Assembly: GCA_001801865.1 (NCBI GenBank)
Contig: MGYT01000122.1
Location: 2,050-60,074, forward strand
Reading direction: 5' to 3'
DNA: 58,025 nt
Source of the DNA: Gammaproteobacteria bacterium RIFCSPLOWO2_02_FULL_61_13
GTDB lineage: Bacteria > Pseudomonadota > Gammaproteobacteria > Eutrophobiales > Eutrophobiaceae
Shown here: piece after piece, positions 54,069 through 58,025 of the stretch
Position numbering within the stretch: the stretch's first letter is position 1
Layout of the letters: every line of letters starts with the position of its first letter
Position numbers and translations under genes: made by a program
Notes under the pieces: model-generated
What the model saw: only the letters and a program-made list of their open reading frames with translations
What the model was told of the DNA's origin: nothing
Database searches by the model: none

Positions 54069-54134
54069 GAAGACAGTTACAAGTCATAAGTAACAAGTCA
54101 CAGGGAAAAGACAGGCTTGGGCAGGGAGCGCGGA

Positions 54135-55271
54135 TCATTTGCGCGCTTCCATCAGTTCGATGAAGCGGTTGAACAACGGCTTGATGTCATGGGGCCCCGG
54201 GCTCGCCTCCGGATGGCCCTGAAAACTGAATGCGGGGAGATCCCGGTGGCGCACGCCCTGCAACGTGCGATCAAACAATGACCGGTGCGTGGTCAGCAGC
54301 TCCGGCGGCAGGCTGGATTCCTCCACGGTAAAGCCATGATTCTGGCTCGTGATCATCACGCGCCCTGTTGCCAGTTCCTGCACCGGATGGTTGGCGCCAT
54401 GGTGTCCGAACTTCATCTTCACGGTACGCGCGTCGCAAGCCAATGCCAGCAACTGGTGCCCCAGGCAGATCCCGAAAATCGGAATGCGCGTCGGCAGCAG
54501 GTCCCGTATGGCCGCAATGGCGTAATCGCAGGCGTCCGGGTCACCGGGACCGTTGGACAAAAACACACCATCGGGATTTTCCCGCAGCACTTCCACGGCA
54601 GGGGTGGTCGCCGGCACCACGGTCACGCGGCAACCCAGATCCACGAGGATGCGCAGGATATTGCGCTTCACACCGAAATCGTACGCAATCACGCGCCAGG
54701 GTTTGTCGCTGCGCACAGTGGCATCGGGAAGCCCCGCGTCCAGTGACCAGCATCCTTCCGCCCATTCATAGCTGTTCCGGGTGCTGACCACTTTCGCCAG
54801 ATCGGCGCCCTTCAGGCCGGGGAATGCCCGCGCCGCTGCCACCGCGCGCTCCGTGTCCAAGGTCGCGCCGGCCATGAGGCAGCCATTTTGCGCGCCCTTG
54901 TCCCGCAGCAACCGGGTGAGCTTGCGCGTGTCTATGTCGTGAATGGCGACCACGCCCTTGCGGCACAAATATTCCGGCAGCGAACCCTGGGCGCGCCAGT
55001 TACTCATTTGATAGGGCAGTTGACGGATGATCAGTCCGGCGGCATACACTTCGCCGGATTCTTCATCCTCGGGATTGACGCCCACATTGCCGATATGTGG
55101 CTGGGTGAACGTGACGATTTGTTGATGGTAGGAAGGATCCGTGAGGATCTCCTGGTAACCGGTAATGGCGGTGTTGAATACCACTTCGCCAACGGTCTGA
55201 CCTTCCGCCCCAATGGAGCGGCCGTGGAACAGGGTTCCATCTTCAAGGGCCAGAATCGCGGCCTGCGTCAA
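54135..55271 (-). CDS. carA: Carbamoyl-phosphate synthase small (glutaminase) subunit
   Basis: GATase triad (GICLGHQ, HH..N). Start re-set to TTG at 55271, so the N-terminus [17 protein letters not shown] aligns residue-for-residue with E. coli MIKSALLVLEDGTQFHG. Confidence 0.92.
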   Translation of the reverse strand: MTQAAILALEDGTLFHGRSIGAEGQTVGEVVFNTAITGYQEILTDPSYHQQIVTFTQPHIGNVGVNPEDEESGEVYAAGLIIRQLPYQMSNWRAQGSLPEYLCRKGVVAIHDIDTRKLTRLLRDKGAQNGCLMAGATLDTERAVAAARAFPGLKGADLAKVVSTRNSYEWAEGCWSLDAGLPDATVRSDKPWRVIAYDFGVKRNILRILVDLGCRVTVVPATTPAVEVLRENPDGVFLSNGPGDPDACDYAIAAIRDLLPTRIPIFGICLGHQLLALACDARTVKMKFGHHGANHPVQELATGRVMITSQNHGFTVEESSLPPELLTTHRSLFDRTLQGVRHRDLPAFSFQGHPEASPGPHDIKPLFNRFIELMEARK

Positions 55272-55400
55272 ATACCATCTCCAGACAGGGACTTCAATCG
55301 TCGCCGCTTGTACGTTCCCGACACAAGCGGCGTACAGTACATCCCTGTACATGCCGCTCCTGCGCATCCTGCGCCCGCGGCATACCGTACGTCCGTGTAC

Positions 55401-55433
55401 ATAAAAACGGGAGTAACCTCTCGATTACTCCCG
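55401..55433 (-). terminator. Rho-independent terminator/attenuator about 130 nt upstream of carA
   Basis: Minus strand: c-GGGAGTAA-tcgagagg-TTACTCCC-g followed by TTTTTAT. No minus-strand gene lies upstream of it, so it must act on a leader transcript or a small RNA. Confidence 0.55.
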
Positions 55434-55809
55434 CCGCTTCATTCACTCGAGCCTCTGCCGATTCACATTCGTGCTTTGGCCAATTCGAAGCGGGATTCTA
55501 CTGAACCTGTGCGCGCAGTGTCCACGCACCAAAGTCGGATGGGACGACTCGCATCTCACGTGTGCCGCCCATGGCAGGATATTCTCCTTGCAGGGCGTGT
55601 GACGCGTATACAGTTACCGGGCCGTACTCCGAGGCGGATTGAATTACGACCCGACCCCGCCCCTGAACCCGAAAAATAGGGTGCTAACCTCCCCTCAGGC
55701 TAACAAAATACCGCCGGAAACCGCGCCAACTCATTGCAAATCTGGGTTTTTTAGGCTTGTATAGTAGGTCTTCCCCACTTCTGGGACCGGCCAGAGCCCC
55801 GACAATACC

Positions 55810-57738
55810 GTGGCCAAAAAGCGCAAAAAACATCAATTAAACGCCCTCCAACCCGGATTTCAGCTCCATTGGTATGAAATCCGCGACATCATCGGTCAGG
55901 GCGGCTTCGGCATTACCTATCTGGCCTACGACCGCAATCTGGCCCATGAGGTTGCGATCAAGGAGTACATGCCCATCGAACTGGCCACGCGGCACACGGA
56001 TGGCTCCGTGGTGGCACTGTCACCGGAACATGAGGAACGTTACGTTTGGGGGCAGGGGCGATTTCTGGCTGAGGCGCGAACGCTCGGACAGTTCAAGCAC
56101 CCCAACATCGTGCGCGTGCGCAACGTGTTCGAGGCCAACAACACTGCGTACATGGTCATGGATTATGAATTGGGTGAAACCCTGCAGGAGATCCTGGCGC
56201 GGCGGAAAATTCTCGATGAAGCCGACCTGGGCACAGTGATATTTCCCATCATCGACGGCATGAAACTGGTGCACGCCCACGGCTTCATCCATCGCGACAT
56301 CAAGCCCGGGAACATCTTCATCCGCGTGGACGGCGACCCGGTGCTGCTGGATTTTGGTTCCGCGCGCCAGGCGCTGGAAACCAGCCGTGGATCCATGACC
56401 AGCCTGTTTTCCAAGGGTTATGCGCCCATCGAGCAATACAACAGCAATGAGGAGCAGGGCCCATGGACGGACATTTATGCCCTCGGCGCCACCATGTATC
56501 GATGCATTGCCGGTGTCCCGCCGGCGGACGCCATTGATCGGAGTTCCGCCATCAGCATCGCCGGCCGGGATACCTACGTCCCCGCCGTGGAAGTGGGCGA
56601 GGGCCGTTACTCCCAGGCCCTGCTGGAGGCCATTGATTACGCCATGCGCTTCCGCCGCCACGAGCGCCCGCAATCCATCAATGACCTGTTGACGGTCATG
56701 CGCAACCTGGGGGCTGAATTTGAAAAGGGGGTCGTCAAAACCCCCGAACCCCTGATCCCGGTACAGAAATCGTCACCTCCGGTGCATGAGCCGGAAATGA
56801 TCACGGACATACCTACAAATCCATCGCGGCCCGGGCCTGCAGCAGAGGCCAGGATCTCCGCGGCGCCAAGAAGCAAACAGCGCCCGCCCGGTGAAGCACC
56901 GTTAATCACCACGCCCACCGCCGTGCCGTCGACGCCCATACCAGTGGCACAACCCGCTTCGGAGCCGGTGCCCACGCTGCAAAAATCTCCACGGCTGCAA
57001 GGCAACGAGGAGTTCATGGAACTGTACGCCCATGCAGAAGAAGGCGATCCGGAGGCCCAGACCGAATTGGCCTACCGGCTCGCCAAGGGCATGGGGACGG
57101 AAAAAAATGAAACCGAGGCGGTGAACTGGTATCGCCGCGCCGCCGAACAGAATCACACCCCGGCGCAATTCAGTCTCGGCGTCATGTATGCCAAGGGACG
57201 CGGCGTGGAGCAGGACTTCCGTTCCGCCTTCAAGTGGTACCTGAAAGCCGCCGCTCAGGGTGATGCCGGCGCCCAAGCCATGATTGCCGGTCTTTATTTG
57301 AAAGGTATCGGCACGCCGCCGGACCCCAAGGCCGCCTTCGACTGGACGCTGCGTGCCGCCAAGCGCGGGCACCCGGCCTCCATGTTCAAGGTCGGTGAAA
57401 TGTTTGCGCAGGGCGTGGGTGCGCAGCAAAACCTGGAAGAGGCCCTGCGTTGGTACAAGAAAGCGGCGGACAAGGGTGTGGTTGACGCTCAGATCAACCT
57501 CGCATTCATGTATGGAAAGGGCCAGGGAGTGGAGCGCGACGACAGCCAGGCGTTCAAGTGGTATCGCAAGGCCGCGGACTCGGGCAATCCCATCGCCCAA
57601 TTTAATCTTGGCGTGATCTATTCCAAGGGCCGCGGCATGCCCCAGGACCTGAAGGAGGCGCGCAAGTGGTACCAGCTGGCGGCCAACCAGGGCGACCAGA
57701 ATGCCGAGCGGGCGCTGACGCGAATGGGGAGTAGTTAG
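55810..57738 (+). CDS. Hanks-type Ser/Thr protein kinase with C-terminal Sel1-like repeat array
   Basis: 642 aa, GTG start. GQGGFGITY P-loop, VAIKEY Lys, HRDIKPGNIF catalytic loop, DFGSAR. Pro-rich linker. About 6-7 Sel1 repeats from about 57007 (AQFSLGVMYAKGRGVEQDFRSAFKWYLKAA...). No TM segment. Confidence 0.88.
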   Translation: MAKKRKKHQLNALQPGFQLHWYEIRDIIGQGGFGITYLAYDRNLAHEVAIKEYMPIELATRHTDGSVVALSPEHEERYVWGQGRFLAEARTLGQFKHPNIVRVRNVFEANNTAYMVMDYELGETLQEILARRKILDEADLGTVIFPIIDGMKLVHAHGFIHRDIKPGNIFIRVDGDPVLLDFGSARQALETSRGSMTSLFSKGYAPIEQYNSNEEQGPWTDIYALGATMYRCIAGVPPADAIDRSSAISIAGRDTYVPAVEVGEGRYSQALLEAIDYAMRFRRHERPQSINDLLTVMRNLGAEFEKGVVKTPEPLIPVQKSSPPVHEPEMITDIPTNPSRPGPAAEARISAAPRSKQRPPGEAPLITTPTAVPSTPIPVAQPASEPVPTLQKSPRLQGNEEFMELYAHAEEGDPEAQTELAYRLAKGMGTEKNETEAVNWYRRAAEQNHTPAQFSLGVMYAKGRGVEQDFRSAFKWYLKAAAQGDAGAQAMIAGLYLKGIGTPPDPKAAFDWTLRAAKRGHPASMFKVGEMFAQGVGAQQNLEEALRWYKKAADKGVVDAQINLAFMYGKGQGVERDDSQAFKWYRKAADSGNPIAQFNLGVIYSKGRGMPQDLKEARKWYQLAANQGDQNAERALTRMGSS

Positions 57739-57819
57739 AACGTCCGTGTCAGAATACCAACTGGGAAATCCCCAATCAGCCATAATGGCCTGCAAGCCTC
57801 ACCCGCAACGCGGTAAACG

Positions 57820-58025
57820 ATGAAAACCCCCCCCAGTCTGGAAGCGCTGATCGAAGACGGCGTGATCGACGAAGTGCTGCGCCCGCTCAAAAGCGGCAAG
57901 GAGGCCACGATCCACGTGGTCCGATCGGGCGCCCAAATCCTTTGCGCCAAGGTTTACAAGGACATGGCGCAGCGCAGTTTCCAGGCCACAACGCAATACC
58001 AGGAAGGCCGCCGGGTGCGCGGCAG
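57820..58025 (+). CDS. RIO-type atypical protein kinase, N-terminal fragment (continues past the window)
   Basis: Absent from the ORF track. Hand translation gives MKTPPSLEALIEDGVIDEVLRPLKSGKEATIHVVRSGAQILCAKVYKD..., which has the RIO sGKEA...aVKvyk ATP-binding pattern. Confidence 0.55.
   Translation, partial: MKTPPSLEALIEDGVIDEVLRPLKSGKEATIHVVRSGAQILCAKVYKDMAQRSFQATTQYQEGRRVRG

Noticed and set aside
54888-55679. 263-codon plus-strand ORF spanning the carA 5' end and leader
   Set aside because: It is antisense to carA for half its length. It has no SD and no motifs.
55443-55760. Possible known structured RNA (tmRNA, RNase P RNA, 6S, SRP RNA, riboswitch) in the carA/kinase intergenic region
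   Set aside because: Read on both strands. None of the conserved cores I can recall are present (tmRNA 5' GGGGCUGAUUCUGGAUUCGAC and 3' tRNA-like end, RNase P P4 and GGUAAGGGUGAAAGGGUGCGGUAAGAGCGCACC, SRP GGAAGCAGCC, TPP CUGAGA box in context). This needs Rfam to settle.

Overview
GC-rich chromosomal core segment from a gammaproteobacterium, not an island. About 50 tightly packed protein genes. By eye I found no rRNA, tRNA, CRISPR array, transposase or integrase. Gene order matches the Pseudomonas-type backbone: mutS-fdxA; leuB-asd-fimV-truA-trpF-accD-folC-dedD-cvpA-purF; rlmE-ftsH...glmM; carA-carB-greA; sucA-sucB-lpdA. A sulfite-dehydrogenase pair sits at the left edge. All calls rest on recognising motifs in the supplied translations and on hand translation of regions missing from the ORF track; no searches were run. 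Several track ORFs are over-extended at the 5' end (nth, rppH, dedD, trpF, mdh, greA, carA, phaA, dapD). I re-set those starts by comparison with known N-termini. The window holds many long antisense 'shadow' ORFs, as expected in GC-rich DNA, and I rejected them. The least ordinary content is Ser/Thr and partner-switching signalling embedded in housekeeping operons. (i) A PP2C phosphatase plus double-FHA protein operon at 10.8-12.4 kb has no adjacent kinase. (ii) Convergent with it is a single-chain GAF-SpoIIE/PP2C-RsbW-like kinase followed by a STAS protein at 12.5-14.6 kb, with no sigma or anti-sigma output nearby. (iii) A soluble Hanks kinase with a C-terminal Sel1-repeat array sits next to a RIO-type kinase at the right edge. 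Smaller oddities: a stand-alone paralogue of the FimV N-terminal domain directly upstream of fimV; an orphan RnfE-like gene coupled to nth; a 20-bp-arm AT-rich inverted repeat where folP normally lies between ftsH and glmM; a 540-bp carA upstream region with a canonical terminator overlapped by an Arg-Arg mini-ORF; and a perfect 12-bp palindrome between leuB and dapC. I cannot show that any of these is a new system. They are candidates ranked by how poorly the flanking annotation explains them.
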